Source of the DNA: Desulfomonilia bacterium
GTDB lineage: Bacteria; Desulfobacterota; Desulfomonilia; UBA1062
NCBI GenBank assembly: GCA_050014195.1
Contig: JBEKDT010000003.1
Location: forward strand, 160,001-224,000
Length of the DNA stretch: 64,000 nucleotides
Reading direction: 5' to 3'
Notes under the pieces: model-generated
Seen by the model: only the letters and a program-made list of their open reading frames with translations
What the model was told of the DNA's origin: nothing
The model's database searches: none
Position numbers and translations under genes: made by a program
In this document: positions 42,727 through 51,694 of the stretch, one piece after another
Layout: every line of letters starts with the position of its first letter
Numbering within the stretch: the stretch's first letter is position 1

Positions 42727-42753
42727 GTCATTCCCGCGAAAGTGGGAATCCAG
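42727..42753. repeat. REP/dRS3-like palindrome GTCATTCCCGC-GAAA-GTGGGAATCCAG
   Basis: ATTCCC-N8-GGGAAT pattern. Confidence 0.65.
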
Positions 42754-42819
42754 GAAAGTGAAGGTGTTATTTTTGCGCTTGATGGAGAGTCTAAGATTTA
42801 TCTATCTTTTTAATTTTAT

Positions 42820-43152
42820 GTCCTTTCTTTTGGTGCCACAATTCGGCAGGATAGCCGAATTAGACGCACTTTACGTGCGCCCGAAGGGCGAAGGCCAGGG
42901 ATGGCCTGAGTCAAAAGAAAGGACCGAAGAAAAGGCACCCCGTGAACCCGCCCTTCGGGTCCGTTCGCTCGCTTGGAAAATCCGGGCCGCGGATAAATTT
43001 CTTCAGGATAGAAGAAATTGACGCACCGAAGGTGCGCCCAAAGGGTGAGGGACAAGGATGTCCCGAATCAAACTCGCTTCGTTTCACTTCGCTCAAACAA
43101 GAGACGCTTTCCCCTGGATTTTGCTTCACTCGCTCACCGGGGTCAAAGGGGA
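42820..43152 (+). repeat. Dispersed palindromic repeat (MITE-like), copy 1, with two nested hairpin modules
   Basis: Blocks CTTTCTTT..AAAGAAAG, AAGAAAAGGCACCC, CCCTTCGGG, GGAAAATCC, AACTCGCTTCG and TCAAACA are shared with the reverse complement of 45520-45774. Confidence 0.75.
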
Positions 43153-43340
43153 TCAAAAAGGCAAAAACACGATCTGGACAGGATTGGCAGGGAAGGGGAT
43201 ATCCGGAATGGAATATAAAAAGAATAATGCCTTGCACTCAATATCCGGATATACTGCAATTGTGCATCGGATAACTATAGTGATATCCTGCAAAAGTACA
43301 GTATAGTAATTGTTATGTGTTTCAGAAAGGGTAAAGACCC

Positions 43341-44456
43341 ATGAAAGCTGTTATTTTAAAACCTGTTATGTGGAATGAAAACGAGTATATCAGTCCCTCT
43401 GGCTATCCAAGTACGAGCGGTTTCGCAAATGCATTCGGATATGGACATGAGGAATGGAATAATAGCCAAAGGCGCATCTGGCGAAGCTATAAGGTCTTTC
43501 ATACTGAATCAACGGATAAATTATTGCAGTACTCTGCCACAGGAGAGCTCGCTATTGTTACAACTGCCTCCTTAAATAGAGCGCAATACGCCATTAGCAT
43601 TGCCACAAACGTCTTTGACAATAATGCAGATGAGCGTAAAATAATAGCGAAAGAGCTTAATGTATATAATGATTGGGTAGAAGTTTGGTCAATTGACAGG
43701 GTTAAGCAGTGTTTCAATAATAATCAACAGCGTTTTCTTGAGCATTGGCAAAGTAACTACGAGTGGATAAGATGGAAATGCCCAATATCTCAATATCACC
43801 ACTTCAATAGACCTGTACTCCTTAACCCTTCATCAATATCTGGTAAGGCTCGTCTCACTTCAATGCATGGTAGATTCCAGGCTATTTATCCAGAGCAATG
43901 TTTGCAAATTATCGGCAGCTACTTACCTGAAAATCATCCCATTTGCGAGTGGCTCTCGAGCAGGGATTTTGATGAGGAAATTATCTCAAAGACTATAAAG
44001 AACTTCCGTTCAACTCATAATATCAGATTGCCTCGTAGTAGGAGTGGATCAAATGCTCCTGCTATAAGGGCATATCAGTATTGGGTGGAAGGAAATCGGA
44101 GCGTAGAACCTCATCATGCGCTCCTACAGGCGAAGTTTGTAAACTACCTGACCTCGAATGCATTATCATATCAAGAAAACATTGATTACATTGACGTCAA
44201 ATACCAGCTAAACGGAATAGATGTTTTAGTAGAAATCAAACCTACTGATAAGATTCAGACCAAGTACGCTATACGCATTGCGATAGGGCAGCTACTTGAG
44301 TATAGATACATAATGAATAGTCAAGCGATTCTTGAGATAGTCCTTGGAAGTAAACCTAGAGATGAAGAGATAGCTTTCGTTAATTCATTAGGAATTTACT
44401 TAACCTACTTGGATTCAAATAGCGGCGATTTTATACGTGCTGGTACTGTCACATAA
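43341..44456 (+). CDS. Putative restriction-type endonuclease: unknown N-terminal domain plus C-terminal PD-(D/E)XK domain
   Basis: DYIDV...LVEIK...IRIAIGQLLEY; N-terminal WN..Y..PSG and GYGHEEWN; AT-rich. Confidence 0.7.
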   Translation: MKAVILKPVMWNENEYISPSGYPSTSGFANAFGYGHEEWNNSQRRIWRSYKVFHTESTDKLLQYSATGELAIVTTASLNRAQYAISIATNVFDNNADERKIIAKELNVYNDWVEVWSIDRVKQCFNNNQQRFLEHWQSNYEWIRWKCPISQYHHFNRPVLLNPSSISGKARLTSMHGRFQAIYPEQCLQIIGSYLPENHPICEWLSSRDFDEEIISKTIKNFRSTHNIRLPRSRSGSNAPAIRAYQYWVEGNRSVEPHHALLQAKFVNYLTSNALSYQENIDYIDVKYQLNGIDVLVEIKPTDKIQTKYAIRIAIGQLLEYRYIMNSQAILEIVLGSKPRDEEIAFVNSLGIYLTYLDSNSGDFIRAGTVT

Positions 44457-44479
44457 CCATGGCATGCAGGCCGTTGGCA
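44450..44479 (+). mobile_element. Degenerate, internally deleted attC-like site
   Basis: CACATAAC inverse core overlaps the stop codon and is complementary to GTTATGTG at 43312-43319; CATGCA L-box-like motif follows, then GTTGGCA. Confidence 0.55.
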
Positions 44480-44498
44480 ATAAACAAAGAGTATCCAT

Positions 44499-45377
44499 AT
44501 GAATGTATTTATAAGCTGGTCAGGCGAAGAAAGTAAAGCATATGCAGAGGTATTTCGACAATGGTTGCCTAAAATAATACAGGCCTGCGATCCATTTTAT
44601 TCACCTGAAGACATTAAAGCAGGAATGCGATGGAGTGCAGAAATTGCTGGTAAGCTGCAAGAGACAGAGATTGGCATTCTTTGCCTTACAAGGGATAATC
44701 TTAATGCTCCCTGGTTGATGTTTGAAGCAGGTGCTTTGTCTAAACAACTAGAATCAAGAGTGTGTCCCATTTTGTTCGGTTTAAGTCCAGCGGATATTCA
44801 GGGACCGTTGACTCAATTTCAATTAAATAAGTTTTGTCCCGATGGCGTATATAGAGTACTTTCATCAATAAACGATCTGTCAAAGCCAAATCGGTTATCT
44901 TCGGAGGTTTTAAAAGACTCATTTGACAAATGGTGGCCTGATCTTGACTCAAGTATATCAAAAGCCACACCAATAGTTAGTTCTCCAAGCATAGCCTCTT
45001 TACGAAGTGAACGTGACCTAATTGAAGAAATACTAATCCGAATCAGAAACAGTACCGTCGAGTCACCTATTGATCCAGCCATGGTCAGTATGTTGATAAG
45101 TTGTTTTGGTCGTCTCGCAGATACGCCCCGCTATATAGCAGATTCCAAGAAACAGGAAACGGCATCACACGCACTTTATCATTTTCAGCTCCCAATTCAA
45201 CACCTCATTACACGAATTATCGATACGCACAAACGCCATGAAATGGCTCAAGCTTATGCAGAGGCAATTAATGTTTTCTATAATGGCTCTGTTGATAAAG
45301 ATAAACTCATTGAAAATTTAACGAATCCTTCACATGGCCTGATTACAAGTGCTCCAATCATCCATAAGGCAGATTAA
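44499..45377 (+). CDS. TIR-domain protein with a helical C-terminal region
   Basis: MNVFISWSG, DIKAGMRW, GILCLT, PWLMFEAGALSK (catalytic-position Glu). Confidence 0.88.
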   Translation: MNVFISWSGEESKAYAEVFRQWLPKIIQACDPFYSPEDIKAGMRWSAEIAGKLQETEIGILCLTRDNLNAPWLMFEAGALSKQLESRVCPILFGLSPADIQGPLTQFQLNKFCPDGVYRVLSSINDLSKPNRLSSEVLKDSFDKWWPDLDSSISKATPIVSSPSIASLRSERDLIEEILIRIRNSTVESPIDPAMVSMLISCFGRLADTPRYIADSKKQETASHALYHFQLPIQHLITRIIDTHKRHEMAQAYAEAINVFYNGSVDKDKLIENLTNPSHGLITSAPIIHKAD

Positions 45378-45441
45378 AATTACAGACCATATTTTTTAAA
45401 AGCGGGCGGATGGCCTGGAAAAGATATAAATCTATGGGTGG

Positions 45442-45471
45442 CACGGGCGAAGCCCGAAGGGCTTGCCCGTG
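45442..45471. repeat. REP-like palindrome
   Basis: CACGGGC-G-AAGCCC-GAA-GGGCTT-GCCCGTG. Confidence 0.55.
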
Positions 45472-45519
45472 GGACATAGTAATAGTTAACGCCTTGCTTT
45501 TACTGCTCAGGTTTTTTTA

Positions 45520-45774
45520 GCCCCCCTCGAAACAGGCGAGGAGCGCAGGGAAAATCCGTAAAGAAGCAAGCCCATGTTTGATGCGATACATCCATGTATC
45601 GCACCCTGACGGGCGCACGTAAAGTGCGTCCAATTCTGCTATCCCTGCAGAATTGTGAGCGAAGCGAGTTGGCTTGCTTTAAGGATTTTCCCGAGCACCG
45701 CAGCGGACCCCGAAGGGGCTGTTTCGTTGGGTGCCTTTTCTTTGGTGACTTTCTTTGCACAAAAAGAAAGTAAC
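45520..45774 (-). repeat. Dispersed palindromic repeat (MITE-like), copy 2, with one nested hairpin module
   Basis: Reverse complement aligns block by block with 42820-43152. Confidence 0.75.
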
Positions 45775-46242
45775 AATGTAAGCAAATATGAATGCCCAAA
45801 TCTAACCCTCAGTTACTAAAGATTTAATCACGGTAAATCATTTTAAGAATATTAATTATTATCTCCATTAAAACAGCAATACCACTAATAACATTATAGC
45901 TAATTTAACTAGATAAATCAATTAACAAGAGCTTTACCTCTCAAAAAAGGGCATGTCGATAAAGTATTGAAGGTAGACCTAAGACGATTCCTAACTCAAG
46001 AAAATAATTGTTGGATTCATGCACGGTTTAATAACAATAAGTAACATATTGATTATATGATCATAGTTGCTATTATGGAATGCATGCATCTTTGAGGGTA
46101 ATCTATTTAAATAGAAATGTAGTGAAAGTAATTATGCCCTGTTTCATCTGAATAATTAATAAGGTGATATTGCAGGGACAGACTCCTGGACAAACGAAAG
46201 GTATTCTTATATATGTTGGTTAACCCGACACAAGGTGATCTC

Positions 46243-46821
46243 ATGGATAAGCGGAATGCATTTTCATCAAATCATGTTGCCAAGGCGTTGAATATTGAGC
46301 CGGAGAGGCTGCGTCAATGGATAAGGCTTGGGTTTGTCACGCCGAATACCCCGGCGAAAGGCCAGGGCAGCCGGGGGATCTTTACGCGTGGAGATGTCTA
46401 CTCTGTGGAACTTTTCAGGCGGCTTTTGGACTTGGGAATAGCGAGATCGTTCGCGGCATCGCTCTCCCGGGTGTACTCTGTCCCCCGTAGATATTTTAGC
46501 CTCAGCGAGGAGACGGGACGGCCCATTGAAAAATCTAAAGAAGATGATGCTTCTGAAGAGAGTTTGATTGAGGCCGGGGATATCCTCTGCATCGTCTTTC
46601 ACAATGATCCGAAGTTCCCGGAAGTCAAGCTGTTGACCCCGACCGCGATCCTGGCTGTTGTTGGGACCAAGATCCTGAAAAAGGAGCAGAGGGAAAAAAC
46701 AACTTTCGAGGACCTGATTTCCTCGAAGAGGGATCTGCTCGGCAAGGGAGAGTGGACGCGCATGCTCGCTGTGAACTTGAAAAAATTGCGTGATGAGATC
46801 GATGCAGGATTGCCGGACTAA
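46243..46821 (+). CDS. MerR-type HTH DNA-binding protein
   Basis: FSSNHVAKALNIEPERLRQWIRLGFVTP...GQGSRGIFTRGDV. Confidence 0.7.
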   Translation: MDKRNAFSSNHVAKALNIEPERLRQWIRLGFVTPNTPAKGQGSRGIFTRGDVYSVELFRRLLDLGIARSFAASLSRVYSVPRRYFSLSEETGRPIEKSKEDDASEESLIEAGDILCIVFHNDPKFPEVKLLTPTAILAVVGTKILKKEQREKTTFEDLISSKRDLLGKGEWTRMLAVNLKKLRDEIDAGLPD

Positions 46822-47051
46822 GGATTACGGGAGGATATTTTTTGATTATTGCCGTCATCCCGGCATTAGGCATGCAATCTATCCGGACCTTTTAAATATT
46901 TGCAGTGACGGCGAAATGACTGGTGGCAAATTTTTCTTACAAAGCCAGGTATAATCTGCGATTCCGCTCGATTTCTTTGATGAAAAAAAGGCAGATCTTT
47001 TTTCTGTGCATGCAAGTGAATCTCTTTTATATGAAGAATTGCCGTCTGTCT

Positions 47052-47552
47052 TCATCCCTTACCCTCGTTCTCCTGATGGGCAGCCTCACTGCGTATTTCC
47101 TGCTGCCTGAGCTCCCTGCGCGCCTGAGCCTCCTTGCAACGCCTAGCCTGTTCGTTGTTCTCGACGATCAGAGGCGGGACCTTCATGGGCTTTGAGCCGG
47201 AATCCAGGGCAACATAGGTCAGGTAGGCCGATGCCGTATGCCGCACCTCTCCAGTCAGGAGATCTTCGGCCTCCACCCGCACGCCCACCTCCATGGATGT
47301 TTTGCCGACCATGTTTATGCTTGCCTTGAGCGTAATGAGGTTCCCGATGTAGACCGGGTTGTGGAAATGCAGACGGTCGATGGATGCCGTGACGACATTG
47401 CTGCGGGCATGCCTTGCTGCAACCGATCCCCCGGCATTATCGATGAGTTTCATGATTACCCCGCCATGGACATTCCCGGCGGGATTGGCGTCTTCCGGGG
47501 TCATCAGCTGCGCCATCGTAATCATGCTTTCACTTACCGTTTTTCCCTTCAT
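47052..47552 (-). CDS. Acyl-CoA thioesterase (hotdog fold, YciA-like)
   Basis: DANPAGNVHGG, VTASID, VGKTSMEVGV. Confidence 0.92.
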   Translation of the reverse strand: MKGKTVSESMITMAQLMTPEDANPAGNVHGGVIMKLIDNAGGSVAARHARSNVVTASIDRLHFHNPVYIGNLITLKASINMVGKTSMEVGVRVEAEDLLTGEVRHTASAYLTYVALDSGSKPMKVPPLIVENNEQARRCKEAQARRELRQQEIRSEAAHQENEGKG

Positions 47553-47736
47553 AGCATTTACCTCTCTGTCCAATAGGTGCTTAGGTTTATTCCCGCAAAG
47601 CAGCCGGGTCAAGCATTGCTTTTTTTATCGGGAATTTGACTTAAGGCATCTCACGAGGGTATCATTACCCTGGGAGAAATAGAGGCATGTTTGAGATACT
47701 ATCCCCAATGGCGGGGATGAAAGCGTGAGGAGGAAC

Positions 47737-47808
47737 ATGTGTAAAGGCCGATATGGGGGCATTTCGTATGGTGAAACCGCCGGTTCATCTCTGATTGATC
47801 TTCCATGA
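47737..47808 (+). CDS. Candidate 23-aa leader ORF coupled to the glycosyltransferase
   Basis: GAGGAGG-AAC-ATG start; its TGA overlaps the next ATG (ATGA). Confidence 0.35.
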   Translation: MCKGRYGGISYGETAGSSLIDLP

Positions 47809-49181
47809 GCAGGGTCATCTTCCTCACACACCCGACCATGGGACACCTGAACAGTCTTCTGTCAATCGCCCTGAAGCTCAGGGAGAATGGGCATGATGTG
47901 CAGTTCATCGTGCCAGGGTCAAACCTCGCGGACCCAAGGATCAAGATGTTCAAGGTGTTCTATAATGGGAAAGTCGTTCCGGAGAAGATCCGTTCACATG
48001 GCATCCCCATCCGCCTGCTTTTCCCCCCGCTGCCATACATATACTTTGCAGCAAGGCTTCCATCGACCAAGAGATTTGAAGAGACAAAAATGGCGCTGCG
48101 TCTTTTCAGCTCTGGACTGAAAAGCTACACAAGACGCGTAAACAGGCTTGTACAAAAATTCCGGCCCGATATGATAGTGGCCGATTTCTTTTTCTATGCC
48201 GCGCCATTGGTGGCTGAAATGAATGCGTTACCCTATGCTGCCATCTACCACTGCGGGCTCCCCTTTGCAGGGAAAGACGTCCCGCCGTTCGGCAGCGGCC
48301 TCCCGGTATCCGCTCAGGATACACCGCTGATGAGATCATACAAGAAAAAGGAGCAGGAGCTGTGCGGCAGGCTCAATGCGACGATCAACAGGGCGAGACA
48401 AACCTTTTCCCTGAGGCCTGTCGTCAATGACATGCTGAAGTCGCCGCATTCCCCATGGCTCAACCTCATCGTAACCCATGAGTCCATTGACATCCCGCGT
48501 GACGGACTCGATCCCCACACGGTCTACGTAGGGCCCATATTCATGAACATGGGGATGAACAGATCCTCCTTCCCTTATGAAGACTTGAGAAATGACCAGT
48601 ACAAGATCTATGTCTCTTTAGGGACGGTGTTCAATGACAAGCCGAAGACCTATCTCGAAATCATCGAGGCCCTGCAGGGGAATCCGGACTACCAGATCAT
48701 CGTGAGCGCAGGAGGCTCTTACGAAGCGGTTGCCAAGAAGGACCATAACAGGAATGTCATGCTCTTTCGGTCCGTCCCCCAGGCCGAGCTGCTGAGCCGT
48801 GTGGATCTTGTCATCAGTCATGGGGGCAACAACACCCTGAATGAAACGCTCTATCATGGCAAGCCGGTCATTGTTCTCCCGGTGGGTGGTGAGCAGCATG
48901 ACAATGCATCAAGGATCGAGTTTCTCAGGCTGGGATGCCGCCTTGACATGGACTCGCTGAGCGGTGAGGCTCTCCGCAGCACAGTCGAGAATATCAGGAA
49001 CAACACGGAAATGAGCCGGCGTCTCAAGGATGTAAGCGAAGAGCTCATGAAATCGGACGGCACAACATCTTCAGTGCGGTTGATCGAGTGGGTTATGGAG
49101 CACAGGAGGCCCTTTGCAAGAAAACATCATCTGCCCCGAACCATCCCCAAACTCATGCTCGATCAATATCTTGAGGATTGA
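47805..49181 (+). CDS. GT1-family glycosyltransferase (MGT/OleD-like)
   Basis: GHLNS, YVSLGTVFN, VPQAELL, SHGGNNTLNE, GEQHDNA. Confidence 0.88.
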   Translation: MSRVIFLTHPTMGHLNSLLSIALKLRENGHDVQFIVPGSNLADPRIKMFKVFYNGKVVPEKIRSHGIPIRLLFPPLPYIYFAARLPSTKRFEETKMALRLFSSGLKSYTRRVNRLVQKFRPDMIVADFFFYAAPLVAEMNALPYAAIYHCGLPFAGKDVPPFGSGLPVSAQDTPLMRSYKKKEQELCGRLNATINRARQTFSLRPVVNDMLKSPHSPWLNLIVTHESIDIPRDGLDPHTVYVGPIFMNMGMNRSSFPYEDLRNDQYKIYVSLGTVFNDKPKTYLEIIEALQGNPDYQIIVSAGGSYEAVAKKDHNRNVMLFRSVPQAELLSRVDLVISHGGNNTLNETLYHGKPVIVLPVGGEQHDNASRIEFLRLGCRLDMDSLSGEALRSTVENIRNNTEMSRRLKDVSEELMKSDGTTSSVRLIEWVMEHRRPFARKHHLPRTIPKLMLDQYLED

Positions 49182-49267
49182 AAGTTATATTTCCCCTCAT
49201 ACACAAAAAAATACGGTATAATAATTGATGGGCGCCAGGCTTTATAATCAACGCGAAAGGACGTTTT

Positions 49268-49801
49268 ATGCGCACAAACATCGTTCTCACCCTTACCGGT
49301 ACCGACCGGACCGGGATCGTAGAAGAAATCACGAAATTACTGCTCGATCTCGGCGGCAATGTGGAAACCAGTCGCATGGCCCGGCTGGGTGGCGAGTTTG
49401 CCGTTTTGATGCTGGTATCCATGCCTGCAGAGAAACTGGCCGACCTGGACAAACGCATACAGGCCCTTATACGCCAGGGATTCAAGGTGACAACCGTGCG
49501 CACAGAATTTACCTATGCCGAAGCCCATGCCGGCTGGTTGCCTTACCAGATTGAAGTCCTTGGAGCGGATCACGAAGGCATCATCCACGAGATTGCCCAC
49601 ACCCTTTCACAATGCGGCATTAATATTGAGTCCATGGATACGGAGACGACCCGGGCACCGAACAGCGGTGCCCCGTTGTTTTCCATGACCGCTCTTGTCG
49701 TTGCACCGCCAAACCTGACGCGCAAAAACCTGGTGGCTGCCCTCAAAGATGCGGGACATCGTCTCCAGGTGGACATCAAGGTGTCGGCTGCAGCAAGGTA
49801 A
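49268..49801 (+). CDS. Tandem ACT-domain protein (GcvR-like)
   Basis: GTDRTGIV and GADHEGII ACT repeats. Confidence 0.88.
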   Translation: MRTNIVLTLTGTDRTGIVEEITKLLLDLGGNVETSRMARLGGEFAVLMLVSMPAEKLADLDKRIQALIRQGFKVTTVRTEFTYAEAHAGWLPYQIEVLGADHEGIIHEIAHTLSQCGINIESMDTETTRAPNSGAPLFSMTALVVAPPNLTRKNLVAALKDAGHRLQVDIKVSAAAR

Positions 49802-49892
49802 TGATAGTGGGGGGATGAGCCGATTTCCCGGGTGGAATAAAGGGTATCATTTTATCCGGAAATAAGGTGCTGATCGCAGTACGAAAGACACG

Positions 49893-50783
49893 ATGAACAA
49901 AGGAACCTGGTATGCCATTGGGGCATATGCCCTCTGGGGCCTGCTGCCCATATATTGGAAGTGGCTGCATCATGTCCCGGCAACGCAGGTGCTCTGCCAT
50001 CGGATCTTCTGGTCGTTCCTGACCCTGTTCATCATCATCCTTCTCTTGCGCCAGTGGAACGCATTCCGGCTGGCCCTTGCCAACCCGCGCGTGTTGTGCG
50101 CATACACCGGAGCTGCATGCCTGATAAGCATCAACTGGCTCACCTACATCTGGGCAGTGGGGGCCGGGTTCATCATAGAGACCAGCCTGGGGTACTTCAT
50201 CAACCCATTGCTCAGTGTTCTCCTGGGTGTCGTCATCTTCCGTGAACGCCTCAGGACGTGGCAATGGATCTCTATCACCCTGGCGGCTGCAGGCGTTGTG
50301 TATCTGACAATCGTCTATGGATCCCTGCCCTGGATTGCATTAACCCTTGCCGTCACCTTCGGCCTCTATGGCCTGGTCAAGAAGATTTCCCCGCTCGGCT
50401 CGCTCTACGGCCTGACCCTGGAGACAGGCGTCCTACTTCTGCCGGCATTCATATTCCTGCTCTATTCCGACAAGGCCGGGAATGGATCGTTCCTTCATGC
50501 CGGTATTATCTCCGATATCCTGCTTGCAGGAGCAGGGGTCATTACCGTTGTGCCCCTGCTGCTGTTCTCGTCGGCAGCCAGGCGCATCCCGCTCTCGCTC
50601 ATCGGCATATTGCAGTACATTGCCCCTACACTCCAGTTCCTCCTTGGGGTGTTTGTTTATAGTGAACCCTTTACAACCGCAAAGTTCATCGGCTTTGGGA
50701 TTGTATGGATCGCGCTCATCATCTATGGGGTGGAAGGCCTCATGGTCTACAGGGAACAGATGTTTCCCGTAGTGTCGGAATAG
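49893..50783 (+). CDS. rarD: EamA-family transporter RarD
   Basis: SLGYFINPL, ERLRTWQW, LQYIAPT; about 10 TM segments. Confidence 0.93.
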   Translation: MNKGTWYAIGAYALWGLLPIYWKWLHHVPATQVLCHRIFWSFLTLFIIILLLRQWNAFRLALANPRVLCAYTGAACLISINWLTYIWAVGAGFIIETSLGYFINPLLSVLLGVVIFRERLRTWQWISITLAAAGVVYLTIVYGSLPWIALTLAVTFGLYGLVKKISPLGSLYGLTLETGVLLLPAFIFLLYSDKAGNGSFLHAGIISDILLAGAGVITVVPLLLFSSAARRIPLSLIGILQYIAPTLQFLLGVFVYSEPFTTAKFIGFGIVWIALIIYGVEGLMVYREQMFPVVSE

Positions 50784-50880
50784 GCTGGCGTATGTTCCTT
50801 CTCCTTGGGACGGATCTTATTACATGGGTTATTCACCGTGGAGTCGACAACCGCGAACGACAATCCCAATGGGCTTTTTC

Positions 50881-51693
50881 CTATACAATGCCCTTAAGGA
50901 AGCCCACTGCATTGTCGAAGATGGCCATGCCCTCGCCCCTATCCGGCAGGGTTTTCATCCTTGTCCAGCAGGGGTGGTTTGTTGCATGGGTATAGGCCTC
51001 GGGGTGCGGCATGAGTCCGAAGATCCGGCCTGTCTTGTCGCAGATGCCGGCAATGGCGGATATTGCCCCGTTGGGGTTAAAGGGATATTCCATGGTAGGG
51101 GAGAATTGATCATCGGCATACTGAACCGTTATCAGGTTGGCCTTTGTGATCTCTGAGAGCGTTTCCTCGTTGTCACACACAAACTTGCCCTCGCCGTGAC
51201 GGACCGGCACGGGTAGATGGTCAATCCCTTTTGTAAATACACAGGGGCTTAACGGGTTCACCTTCAGGGTTATCCAGCGGTCCTCGAACTTGGCAGAGTC
51301 GTTGAAGGTGAGCGACACCCTCCTCTTTCCGAGCGGGTTGCCGGGCAGGATGCCCGACTTCACCATGGCCTGGAAGCCGTTGCAGACCCCCAGGATGAGC
51401 ATACCCCGGCTTATGAAGGTCTCGATCTCCTCGAACAGGGTCTTTCTGGATGTCTTTACACGCGCATGTTTCAGGCGGACACTTTCCACCTGGGCGGAGC
51501 CGAGGTCATCGCCGTCGAGGAATCCGCCGGGGAGGTTGAGGAAATGATAATCATTGATTTTATAGGTGCCGCTCAAGACCTCGCTGATGTGGGCGATATC
51601 GGTCCGAGCGCCTGCGAGCCTGCAGGCGTAAGCCATCTCCATCTCGCAGTTGGTTCCGTATCCGGTTATGACAAGCGCCTTTATCGTAGCCAT
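50881..51693 (-). CDS. purQ: FGAM synthase glutaminase subunit
   Basis: GTNC, PGGFLDGD, GVCNGFQ, HGEG, MPHPE. Confidence 0.95.
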   Translation of the reverse strand: MATIKALVITGYGTNCEMEMAYACRLAGARTDIAHISEVLSGTYKINDYHFLNLPGGFLDGDDLGSAQVESVRLKHARVKTSRKTLFEEIETFISRGMLILGVCNGFQAMVKSGILPGNPLGKRRVSLTFNDSAKFEDRWITLKVNPLSPCVFTKGIDHLPVPVRHGEGKFVCDNEETLSEITKANLITVQYADDQFSPTMEYPFNPNGAISAIAGICDKTGRIFGLMPHPEAYTHATNHPCWTRMKTLPDRGEGMAIFDNAVGFLKGIV

Positions 51694-51694
51694 A

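Noticed and set aside
45378-45500. attC site after the TIR gene
   Set aside because: No TGCCAAC-like inverse core after the stop, so cassette status of the TIR gene is unconfirmed.
42820-45774. Repeats considered as a CRISPR array or an IS
   Set aside because: No regularly spaced identical repeats, no cas genes and no transposase ORF; the short ORFs here are repeat-derived.
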